Of a DNA stretch of 32,000 nt, positions 1 to 7,878 are shown piece by piece; within the stretch, counting starts at the first letter, position 1, and the number at the start of each line of letters is the position of its first letter. This DNA comes from Synechocystis sp. PCC 6803 substr. PCC-P (GTDB lineage Bacteria; Cyanobacteriota; Cyanobacteriia; Cyanobacteriales; Microcystaceae). A model generated the notes under the pieces. The model saw only the letters and a list, made by a program, of their open reading frames with translations. It made no database searches and was not told where the DNA came from. The stretch spans positions 420,001 to 452,000 of the forward strand of contig NC_017039.1 of the NCBI RefSeq assembly GCF_000284455.1. The letters are read 5' to 3'. The translations under genes and the position numbers were made by a program.

Positions 1-366
1 GTGGTGGGCAGTAATATTTTTAATATTTTGGCCGTATTGGGTTTTGCCGCCATTTTTTCCCCCAACGGTATCCAGGTTTCTAACTCTGCTTTTAACTTTG
101 ATATTCCTGTGATGTTTGCCGTTGCCCTAGTTTGTTTGCCTGTCTTTATTACCGGCAGATTAATTGACCGCTGGGAGGGCTTTTTATTCCTGTTCTATTA
201 CATTGCCTACACTGCCTATTTGGTGCTTGATGCTACCCACAATCAGAATTTACATATATTTAATAATGTGATTCTTTTTGTGGTTATTCCCGCAACGGCG
301 ATCGCCCTAGGACTATCCCTTATCCCCGATTTAGTGAGGGGGAAAAAAAACGATACCGGAATCTAA
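1..366 (+). CDS. Ca2+/cation antiporter (CaCA, YrbG-type), C-terminal fragment; the 5' end lies upstream of the window
   Basis: The frame is open from base 1 to TAA at 364-366. The product is rich in transmembrane segments and carries the alpha-2 repeat signature GSNIFNIL typical of CaCA exchangers. Confidence 0.75.
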   Translation: MVGSNIFNILAVLGFAAIFSPNGIQVSNSAFNFDIPVMFAVALVCLPVFITGRLIDRWEGFLFLFYYIAYTAYLVLDATHNQNLHIFNNVILFVVIPATAIALGLSLIPDLVRGKKNDTGI

Positions 367-603
367 TTTCCACCAAAGCCCATTGGGCACCGGATAATTT
401 GCCTTGACTGATATGCTCCCACCCGTTTAAACGATTGACAATCCAACGATTAAACCTTTGACCCTAGTAAGGGTTCTGTTTTGACCTTTCAGATAGACCA
501 GGGGGAATGGGCAACACAGGGAACTTCAGGGGTAAAAACGTTAAGCTAAAACAGAACTGGGCACTCTGCCTGGGGTTGACTGTTTGGGAGCAAATTGGTT
601 GCC

Positions 604-1833
604 ATGTTACGTCTCATCACCCAGTCCGGTGACATTGTTCAGGAGTTGCGACGTTTACATCATCGTCCCGTTCCTTCCCCCTGGCCGGTCATGGCCCAGG
701 TGGTGGCGGCGATGGAGCATTGGGCTGCCATGGACCAGGATGCTCCCCCCAGAGTTAGTGGAGCGGAGTTGGATGCGGCTTATCAACGCATTAGCCAGGA
801 AAAATTGTCGGTGATTCGCCAGGCTTGCGCTGCCCTGGAGCAGGTTTACCGCCCGCAACTGCCCAAGACCCAAGTAAGCTTTCCGGAAGATGGCACAGTG
901 CGGGGACAAAGGTTTTATCCGGTCAGAAGAGCTGGTTTTTATCTAGAAGCAAAAAGGGGCGATGCCCTGGGCAATTTACTCCGCCAGGGGATGTTGGCCA
1001 AGACTGTGGGGGTGGCGGAACGGGTTTTGGTGACGGAAACCATTAGTTCGACTATTTTGGTGGCGGCCCAGGAAATGGGCATTGAAGAAATTTATCTGGC
1101 CGCTGGGGTGCCGGCGATCGCCATGCTGACCTGGGGAGCAAAAAATATTGCCCCGGTGGAGTCCATTACAGGGGCAGGCTGCCCAAGGGTGATGGCGGCT
1201 AAACAATTGGTGAGTGGTGTGGTAACCATTGACCAAACCCTGGCTAGGACAAATTTAATGGTGCTAGCGGACGGTGAAGCTAACGGACAATGGCTAGCCC
1301 TGGATTTGTTAGCCCATGCCGAACAATATCCCAATGCCAGCGCAGTGCTACTGACCGATCGCCTGGAGTTGGGGGAAGAGGTGATTCAATCAGTCAATCG
1401 CTATTGTCGGGAGCAGGAACATTCTGTACATACGGAAAAGGCTTTGGCCCATTACGGCCTAGTGGCGATCGTCGAAGACCTAGAGGCCTGTGGAAGTTGG
1501 ATCAATGAGTTTTGCCCCCATATTTTACTGTTAGCCATGGAAGACCCCTGGACCATGGTGGAGAAAGTTCAGCGAGCCAGGGAAATTTACATCGGCCACC
1601 GCAGTCCGAGCATTTTGGGTCATTACCTCAGTGGGGCCAACCGTCTGCAAACCCAGGATGGGGCCATGGCCACCGCTAGTGAATTGGCATTCCATTGTTT
1701 TCTGCGCTCCAGTCAATTACTCGACTACGGCAATAATCCACCGCCCCCTTGGTTAAAGGATTTGGTCAATTGGCAAGGCCTGACGGCGATCGAGGAACGC
1801 TTGGGGCAATTGGGTCGACTCAAGGAAAGTTAG
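604..1833 (+). CDS. Histidinol dehydrogenase-family protein, a divergent paralogue with active-site positions substituted
   Basis: The ORF track gives 595-1833 with a TTG start. ATG at 604 gives MLRLITQ, which matches the cyanobacterial HisD N-terminus as I recall it. The product is collinear with HisD blocks (AAGVPAIAMLTWG, NLMVLAD, DLLAHAEQ, GHYLSGAN). It contains a HIP1 site at 1114. Confidence 0.7.
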   Translation: MLRLITQSGDIVQELRRLHHRPVPSPWPVMAQVVAAMEHWAAMDQDAPPRVSGAELDAAYQRISQEKLSVIRQACAALEQVYRPQLPKTQVSFPEDGTVRGQRFYPVRRAGFYLEAKRGDALGNLLRQGMLAKTVGVAERVLVTETISSTILVAAQEMGIEEIYLAAGVPAIAMLTWGAKNIAPVESITGAGCPRVMAAKQLVSGVVTIDQTLARTNLMVLADGEANGQWLALDLLAHAEQYPNASAVLLTDRLELGEEVIQSVNRYCREQEHSVHTEKALAHYGLVAIVEDLEACGSWINEFCPHILLLAMEDPWTMVEKVQRAREIYIGHRSPSILGHYLSGANRLQTQDGAMATASELAFHCFLRSSQLLDYGNNPPPPWLKDLVNWQGLTAIEERLGQLGRLKES

Positions 1834-1866
1834 AAAAGTATAGTAGTTTCAAATAAGGCTGAGACG

Positions 1867-2361
1867 CTAAACGCCACAGTAAGAACGGATAATTTCATCA
1901 AGAGACGTGTCAATAGGAGCGTACATTCTAGCTCGTTTCAAGGCACTAAAGTCATGCTCAATATCATTTAAATCAGGAGAATATTTCGGCAAAAAAAGAA
2001 CTTCATGACCTGCTTCTTTAGCCAATTCTTTAATGGCAGTTTTACGATGAATAGGAGCATTATCCATTATTAATATTGATGGAATGTCGAGGGAGGGTAG
2101 TAAATATAATTTTAACCATCCTTCAAAGCCTTCTGCATTCAAACTCCCAGTAAAAACCATCGGTGCAATCAAATCTTTTTTTCCTTTTCTTCTCCCTGCT
2201 ACTAGATTTTCTCTGACTCCCCTTTTTCCTTGTCTATCTCCATAAACTTTTTTTCCTTTTTTTGACCAGGCATAAATACAAGCCTGGATTGCTTCGAATC
2301 CAGATTCATCTATGTAAACTATAGCTTGACTACCATAGAGCTTGATTAGTTCTCTTAACAT
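1867..2361 (-). CDS. IS630-family transposase, C-terminal DDE catalytic part (orfB)
   Basis: The 164-aa ORF carries VYIDESGF, LIMDNAPIH and YSPDLNDIEHDF blocks, a DD(E/D) triad context. Its frame stays open upstream to the A9 run and reads KKELRYRERNREERVKYYR there. Confidence 0.85.
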   Translation of the reverse strand: MLRELIKLYGSQAIVYIDESGFEAIQACIYAWSKKGKKVYGDRQGKRGVRENLVAGRRKGKKDLIAPMVFTGSLNAEGFEGWLKLYLLPSLDIPSILIMDNAPIHRKTAIKELAKEAGHEVLFLPKYSPDLNDIEHDFSALKRARMYAPIDTSLDEIIRSYCGV

Positions 2362-2714
2362 TCTATAGTACTTAACTCGTTCCTCCCGGTTTCTTTCTCG
2401 ATAACGTAGTTCTTTTTTTTTCTGTTTATTTTCATTTTCTTTAATGCGTAATATACGACACTCGGCCTCACTCCAAATTTCTTGGCTCTGTCTATCAATC
2501 TTGCATCGGGATTTTCTTCTACGTCTTTTTTTAGAGCTTCCCAGTCTAATTTCCTATGGCGACGCTCTACTTTTGTTGGGCTTAAATCTACTCTATTTAA
2601 CCATCTGTATATCGAGGCTTTTCCTATTTTATATATCTTGGAAGCCTCAGTTATTTTTCCTCCAGCTTCTATATAAGCTACTACCCTTTGCCTTAAATCT
2701 AAACTGTAAGCCAT
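2355..2714 (-). CDS. IS630-family transposase, N-terminal HTH part (orfA)
   Basis: The 119-aa ORF begins MAYSLDLRQRVVAYIEAGG...ASIYRWL, a helix-turn-helix region typical of IS630/ISY100 transposases. It ends 7 nt into orfB in a different frame. Confidence 0.85.
   Translation of the reverse strand: MAYSLDLRQRVVAYIEAGGKITEASKIYKIGKASIYRWLNRVDLSPTKVERRHRKLDWEALKKDVEENPDARLIDRAKKFGVRPSVVYYALKKMKINRKKKNYVIEKETGRNELSTIEC
2413..2421 (-). other. A9 homopolymer at the orfA/orfB frame junction of the IS; a candidate -1 slippery site or a frameshift lesion
   Basis: The plus strand has T9, so the minus strand reads cag-A9-gaac. Re-reading one A joins INRKKK to ELRYRERN and gives one transposase of about 282 aa. 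Confidence 0.6.
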
Positions 2715-2873
2715 TGTTTAAACCTGTTCATTTTGTACACCCCATAATTTTACATTAAATTCTCTCATCGTTAATTGAAGTGACTATAACGACCACAAAA
2801 ATGCTAATGCGTTGTAGGTTTCTGGACAGAAGGTCTACCTGCCTAAGCCAACCATGGGAACCAAAACCGCCCC

Positions 2874-3581
2874 TTAATCAGGGTCTTCAAACTTATAGCC
2901 CAAACCGATCACCGTTTTAATAAAAGTAGGATTAGCGGGGTCCGGTTCAATTTTCTTGCGTAATCGACGAATGTGGGTATCCACCACCCGTTCATCGCCA
3001 AAAAAATCATTGCCCCACAACTTTTCAATTAATTGGGTCCGATTCCAGACCCGCCCCGGATAGCTCATAAACGTAGCTAATAAATTAAATTCCAACCCGG
3101 TCAACTCCAACTCTTCCTGGCGATCGCCCTGGTAACGACTCGCCTGATGTTGGTCTAGGTCCACCTGAAAATGGTTTGTACGATAAATTTGTCCCACTGG
3201 TTGCCCCTGGCGCAATTGCCGCCGCAATAGGGCCCGTACCCTAGCGACCAATTCCCTCGGACTGAAGGGTTTGACCAAATAATCATCGGCCCCGGTGGAG
3301 AGGCCAATAATGCGGTCGATCTCCTCCCCTTTGGCGGTCAACATCAGAATATAGGGGTCTTTGCTGCCCGGTTGTTGGCGAATGCGGGTACAAACTTCCA
3401 GTCCATCCAATTTGGGTAACATCAAATCCAACACAATTAAATCTGGAACCTGTTCCTGGAAAATTCTTAAACCAGTTTCTCCATCATTGGTGACAATGCA
3501 GGTAAACTGTTCTCGCTCCAACGTTTCCCTGATTAGCTGGGCGATTTCCTGGTCATCTTCCACGATTAAAATGTTGGGCAT
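2874..3581 (-). CDS. OmpR-family two-component response regulator (receiver plus winged helix); no kinase gene adjacent
   Basis: It starts MPNILIVEDD and has the acceptor context DLIVLDLMLP, then LMLTAKG and YLVKPF. The C-terminal wHTH reads VDTHIRRLRKKIE...GYKF. The ORF track extends to 3611, but ATG at 3581 gives the canonical receiver N-terminus and avoids overlap with the upstream gene. Confidence 0.9.
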   Translation of the reverse strand: MPNILIVEDDQEIAQLIRETLEREQFTCIVTNDGETGLRIFQEQVPDLIVLDLMLPKLDGLEVCTRIRQQPGSKDPYILMLTAKGEEIDRIIGLSTGADDYLVKPFSPRELVARVRALLRRQLRQGQPVGQIYRTNHFQVDLDQHQASRYQGDRQEELELTGLEFNLLATFMSYPGRVWNRTQLIEKLWGNDFFGDERVVDTHIRRLRKKIEPDPANPTFIKTVIGLGYKFEDPD

Positions 3582-3591
3582 GGCAATAAAT

Positions 3592-4674
3592 TCAGTCCTG
3601 TTCCCCCACATTGCGACTATTACGCCACACTTGCCAGCCGAGATAAATCAACAGCACAGTGGCGCCAATGGCAAAGCCCCAACCGCTGGGAATATTGGAA
3701 AATCCCAAAGCTAGGCTACCGGCCCAGAGAGTAAGAGCATAGATAAACAGTACCGTTAGACGATGGGAAATACCGGCATTGATCAAACGATGGTGCAGGT
3801 GACCCTTATCCGCCTTAAAGGGGGATTTTCCCTTAATAACCCGGGAGAGAATCACCACCGACATATCTAAAATTGGCACCGCCAGCACCAGATAGGGCAA
3901 TAAAACCGCCGTCACCGCCACCGTGGCCATGGCTGCCACTTTCACCAGGCCAATTACTGCTACGGCCCCCAAGGTAAAACCCATAAAGTAGGCTCCCCCA
4001 TCCCCCATGAAAATCTGGGCAGGATTGAAGTTATAGCGCAAAAAACCCAGGGCCCCCCCGGCCAGGGCTGCTGCAATCAAGGCCGCCTCCGATTGTTCCA
4101 TAAACAAACAGAGGACAAATAGCACCACTGCGGCAATGCCACAGACCCCCGCTGCTAAACCATCCAAGCCGTCAATCCAGTTAATGGCGTTGGCCAAACC
4201 CACTAACCAAATCACCGTAATAGGCAAACTTAAAATGTTTAGGTACACCAAGTTTCCCAGGAAGGGCAGGGTAAAAAAGTCAATTCTGACTCCCATATTC
4301 CACACCACCGAGGCGATCGCCACCTGGGCCAATAAACGGGAAAAAGGACTCAGATCGAACAGGTCATCAAATAAACCAATGCCAAAAAAGGCTAAACCCC
4401 CCAGCACTACGCCCCAGACTTCCCATTCCCCTTTGGTACTCATGGCACCGAAGGCCCCAAGATTCCAAACCACCAACAGGGCCACTAAGCTACCGAGGAA
4501 AATGGATACTCCCCCTAGGCGCACCATGGGTCGATGATGCATTTTGCGAGCACTGGGTTGGTCTACATAACCGGCCCTCCGTCCCCAATGGTTAATCAAT
4601 GGTGTCGTGAACCAAACCACAATCACCGCCAAAATAAATGCAATGAGATAATATTGACCGCCGAGCATGGGCAA
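3592..4674 (-). CDS. Glycosyltransferase family 4, polyprenyl-phosphate HexNAc-1-phosphate transferase (WecA/MraY superfamily)
   Basis: The 360-aa product is polytopic. It has the DDLFDL motif, NAINWIDGLDGLA and IFMGDGGAYFMG blocks characteristic of the MraY/WecA family. Confidence 0.85.
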   Translation of the reverse strand: MPMLGGQYYLIAFILAVIVVWFTTPLINHWGRRAGYVDQPSARKMHHRPMVRLGGVSIFLGSLVALLVVWNLGAFGAMSTKGEWEVWGVVLGGLAFFGIGLFDDLFDLSPFSRLLAQVAIASVVWNMGVRIDFFTLPFLGNLVYLNILSLPITVIWLVGLANAINWIDGLDGLAAGVCGIAAVVLFVLCLFMEQSEAALIAAALAGGALGFLRYNFNPAQIFMGDGGAYFMGFTLGAVAVIGLVKVAAMATVAVTAVLLPYLVLAVPILDMSVVILSRVIKGKSPFKADKGHLHHRLINAGISHRLTVLFIYALTLWAGSLALGFSNIPSGWGFAIGATVLLIYLGWQVWRNSRNVGEQD

Positions 4675-4795
4675 AGATGGGATTGGGAAGGGTTTAGGAT
4701 AAAGTTTACCCCATATTTGTACGGTGCTTAGCCACTGTTACCCAGGCAGTAAAGACTTTGGTATGGCCCCTAGAATTTGGCTCCGATGCTGGGGG

Positions 4796-5566
4796 TTAAA
4801 CTAAGTCAAACCGTTGACCCCGCTTAACAAAGCCCAGAAAGCCATCTTCCAACGCGGGCGGCAATGGCCCCGGTTGGTAGCCATAGAGCCACATTTTTGC
4901 TTTGATGGCGGCGGGCAGTTTACGCAACTCGTTGTAATGGGCGTGGACGGGGCTGGGATAGGGGGAAATTTCGCAATCATGGAAAATGATATCGGCCCGA
5001 TGAAAATATTCCTGCAGGCGATCGTAGCTAAATTTGGTGTCGTTGCTAAAGAAAACTTGGAAGTGATTGACCGTGAAAAAAAGACCATAGGCGGGCATCA
5101 ACATTGACCCCGTATCCACATGGTTGAGCTTAATTAATTGGAAGTTAACATTTTCCCAAGTGAACGTTTCTCCTGGTCCCAAGGCGTGGATCTGAAAATA
5201 GCTATCAACTTCCGTCATTCCTCCTTCAATGGCTTCCATCCCCCCGGCCAGGGAACGCTCCCATAAATCCGCCGCAATATCCTGACTTAGATATAAGTTG
5301 GGTTTGCCGCAGTTGGGGTCAAACATGGTGCTAAAACCAACGTATTCTAATCCCCCCACATGGTCTGAATGGAGATGGCTAACGTAGATATCGGTGATGT
5401 CCCGATGACTCAGGCCGAGGGCGTAGAGGGAAAAACGAATGTCGGTGCCACAATCAATTAGGAACTTTTTGCCGTTATCGAGGGTGAGAATGGCATTGGA
5501 TTGAAAATTGTCCGCCCCCACCGTGAAAGCAGAGCCGGAGCCAAGAAAGGTTAGGTTAGCGGCCAC
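4796..5566 (-). CDS. Metallo-beta-lactamase-fold hydrolase
   Basis: The 256-aa product starts at GTG. It has an N-terminal LTFLGSGSAF block and the HxHxDH motif SHLHSDHVGG. The start codon lies 3 nt downstream of the cya2 stop. Confidence 0.85.
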   Translation of the reverse strand: MAANLTFLGSGSAFTVGADNFQSNAILTLDNGKKFLIDCGTDIRFSLYALGLSHRDITDIYVSHLHSDHVGGLEYVGFSTMFDPNCGKPNLYLSQDIAADLWERSLAGGMEAIEGGMTEVDSYFQIHALGPGETFTWENVNFQLIKLNHVDTGSMLMPAYGLFFTVNHFQVFFSNDTKFSYDRLQEYFHRADIIFHDCEISPYPSPVHAHYNELRKLPAAIKAKMWLYGYQPGPLPPALEDGFLGFVKRGQRFDLV

Positions 5567-5569
5567 AAT

Positions 5570-7840
5570 CTAGCCCCCCTGAGCGGAAGCAATGGCCGCG
5601 GGCTGGGCCAGTGCTCCTTGGTAAAGTTGATAAAAACGCTGGGCGATGTCGGTGGGCATTGCAGAAAAATGGACGTAAAAACCGTGACTTTCCCCAGGGG
5701 CTAAGTCTAATACTTTGGCGTAGAGTGCCGGTGTTTTTCCTGGCTCTCCGTCTTCTCTCAGGTTAATTTTAATATTGGTTAGACCCTCTGGACAGTTGTG
5801 GTTTGGAGAAATCTGAATAAATCCCCCTTTAGCGGAGATTTGCTGCAACGTACCGGGAATTACTGCGTCGGTGATATGTTTTCCTTCCAAGCAGATGTAT
5901 TCCAGGGATAGGGGCTGGGGGATGGGAACATATTTTTGTTCTTCCACCGCTAAGGAGAGATTATAGGGCTCCCCCACACCGGCCACGTCCCAAATGACGA
6001 CGGGATCCTTCACTCCTTTGGGTTGCACGGTTCTGTTCCCGTTAACGTGAACCCGATCGCCAGCGGCCTCTAGGGTAGTGGAGGAAATGAAAATTTGTCC
6101 CCCGGTGGTGTAGGACTCAATACGATAGGTGAGGTTAACTTGTGCTCCCACCACGCCATACTTGGTGCGCTTTTCAGAACCAATGTTGCCCACTACCACT
6201 TCGCCGGTATTGATGCCAATGCCCATTTCTAAAGGTTGTAGCCCCAATCCCGTCACCTGTTGATTTACTTCCCGTAGGGCCAGTTGCATTTCCACCCCAC
6301 AGGCCACCGCCCGCAGCGCGTCGTCTTGCTGGGAAGTGGGAGCCCCAAATAGCACCAAAATGCCGTCCCCCATAAATTCGTCAATGGTGCCGCCATGGTG
6401 GGTAATGACATCGGCCATTTTGCCAAAGTAGATATTTAAAACCTTAACCACTTCCTCGGGGTTTAATCCTTCGGAGGTGCTAGTAAATCCCCTTAAATCT
6501 GAAGTAAGGATAGTGATGGGACGGCGATCGCCTCCCATTTTTAGTCCTTCGGGGTTTTCCAGTAGGGTGGCCACCACTTGATCGGTCAAATAACGGCCAA
6601 AAGTGTTGCGGACTTGGACCCCAGCCCGGGCCATCCAGGTGACAATAAATACCCCCGATCCTAATAAACCCAACATGGGGGGAATAACGGGCAACCACCA
6701 CCCAGCCAGCAATGCGCCATAGCTAATGGCCAGTAACGCTCCTAAGCTGCCCACAATGGCGGCGATCGGCAACCATTGCCCTCCGGAACGACGGGTAGCA
6801 TAGCGTAACTGCCAGGTAATCACCGCTCCGAAAAAAGACCAGAGCCCTACCCAAAGCCATTCCACCGGTTCAGACCAACTTTTCAGGAGGGGTTGACCTT
6901 CCATGCCAGCGTTAAGGATTTGGCTGATGATATTGCCGTGGATCTCCACCCCCGGCACGGCTCTGGACAAACCAAAAGTACTGCTATTGGGGGTGAAATA
7001 TAAATCCTTGAAGCTTTCCCCCACCTTACCCAAGAGGATGATTTTGCCCTTGCCCCAATCCGCCGGCAGTTTATCCTCCAACACATCAGTGAGGGAAACT
7101 TTGGGAAAAGTGGATTGATAATCAATCAGTAATTGAAAGCCCCCATCATCCGCTCGAATATAACCACCGCTGTCCGACTGGAGAGGGGAAAATGTCACTT
7201 GGTTTAGGCGAAAGTCATCACTGCCCTCCCGCACCGGTTCCGGATAAATTTTTAGGCTATCTAAAAAATGCAGAGCCAGATGTAGCCCAAAGCTGTAATG
7301 GGGTTCCCCGTCCCGCACCAAATAAATAAAGCCCCGGCGGACAATATTGTCGGCATCAATGATCAAATCATTGGCTCCGACTTGATTATTTTCCTTCAAC
7401 AATGGTGGGGGATTAACGGTTTCAATGCCCGGTTTACCCGCTACCTTCTCAATGCCCACCAAATTAGGGGTACTGGTGAATACTGCCGCTAACTCGTCTG
7501 TGCCCGGTGGCATGGGTAAATCCCGGTAGAGATCCAGCCCGATCGCCGCTGGTTGTTGGGCCTTCAGCTTGGTCAGAATTTTGGCCAGCAGTTGATCATC
7601 AATGATGGGGGTGTTGAGGTAGGTGACGTCCTGTTCATCAATGCCGACAATGACAATGCGGTCATCTTCGTGCCTTGGTAAAAGCCTTACCCCAGCATCG
7701 TAGCTCTGCCATTCCAGCACCTGTAAAAGCCCTGTAAAGCGGAGCAAAATCACCATGGCCGTCACAGCAGGGGTCGCAATCCAAATACCCCGGGATTGCC
7801 AAACAAACCTTTTCCAAGCTGACGGTATGGTCCAACCCAT
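5570..7840 (-). CDS. cya2: CHASE2-domain membrane guanylyl cyclase (class III nucleotidyl cyclase) with an extra C-terminal domain
   Basis: The 756-aa product has an N-terminal TM segment, a long extracytoplasmic CHASE2-like region and a TM cluster (about residues 330-410). Cyclase blocks are TSDLRGFT, DEFMGDGILVLFGAP and GINTGEVVVGNIG...GAQVNLTYRIES. Glu, rather than Lys, precedes FMGDG, as expected for guanine specificity. It matches my memory of Synechocystis Cya2. Confidence 0.88.
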   Translation of the reverse strand: MGWTIPSAWKRFVWQSRGIWIATPAVTAMVILLRFTGLLQVLEWQSYDAGVRLLPRHEDDRIVIVGIDEQDVTYLNTPIIDDQLLAKILTKLKAQQPAAIGLDLYRDLPMPPGTDELAAVFTSTPNLVGIEKVAGKPGIETVNPPPLLKENNQVGANDLIIDADNIVRRGFIYLVRDGEPHYSFGLHLALHFLDSLKIYPEPVREGSDDFRLNQVTFSPLQSDSGGYIRADDGGFQLLIDYQSTFPKVSLTDVLEDKLPADWGKGKIILLGKVGESFKDLYFTPNSSTFGLSRAVPGVEIHGNIISQILNAGMEGQPLLKSWSEPVEWLWVGLWSFFGAVITWQLRYATRRSGGQWLPIAAIVGSLGALLAISYGALLAGWWLPVIPPMLGLLGSGVFIVTWMARAGVQVRNTFGRYLTDQVVATLLENPEGLKMGGDRRPITILTSDLRGFTSTSEGLNPEEVVKVLNIYFGKMADVITHHGGTIDEFMGDGILVLFGAPTSQQDDALRAVACGVEMQLALREVNQQVTGLGLQPLEMGIGINTGEVVVGNIGSEKRTKYGVVGAQVNLTYRIESYTTGGQIFISSTTLEAAGDRVHVNGNRTVQPKGVKDPVVIWDVAGVGEPYNLSLAVEEQKYVPIPQPLSLEYICLEGKHITDAVIPGTLQQISAKGGFIQISPNHNCPEGLTNIKINLREDGEPGKTPALYAKVLDLAPGESHGFYVHFSAMPTDIAQRFYQLYQGALAQPAAIASAQGG

Positions 7841-7878
7841 TAATGTTCTCTGGTATTTCCTTTAGTTTTCTCCGGTGG

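Larger units (their letters stand above)
1839..2788 (-). mobile_element. IS630/Tc1-mariner family insertion sequence, ISY100-like, about 946 bp plus flanking TA dinucleotides
   Basis: The termini are imperfect inverted repeats: tatagtagtttcaaataagg at 1839-1858 against the reverse complement of 2769-2788 (tatagtcacttcaattaacg), 15 of 20 matching. TA is present at both outer ends, the IS630-type target duplication. The interior encodes an HTH plus DDE transposase. The element is AT-rich and has no HIP1 site. Confidence 0.9.

Noticed and set aside
584-909. ORFs 584-814 (+) and 655-909 (-) overlapping the 5' end of the HisD-like gene.
   Set aside because: These are alternative frames of a region that aligns to the HisD N-terminus in the 604 frame, and they have no motif support.
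2444-2758. Plus-strand ORFs of 104 and 64 aa inside the insertion sequence.
   Set aside because: They are antisense to the transposase frames in AT-rich DNA, with Leu/Phe/Ser-rich nonsense-like products. The IS630 architecture is fully explained by the minus-strand ORFs.
3582-3611. N-terminal extensions suggested by the ORF track for the OmpR regulator (to 3611), BtpA (to 26077) and DUF928 (to 8700).
   Set aside because: Internal starts give the canonical receiver N-terminus, the expected BtpA length, and a proper signal peptide. The extensions either overlap the upstream gene or add non-conserved residues.
4136-4537. Long antisense ORFs nested inside larger genes. Examples are 4136-4537, 28109-28567, 22445-22801, 22862-23203, 25647-26006, 24709-25059, 11926-12285 and 20219-20557.
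   Set aside because: Each lies wholly within a longer ORF on the opposite strand that has clear family motifs. Their products are Arg/Pro/Ser/Gly-rich and low in complexity, which is typical of shadow frames. None has a recognisable motif.
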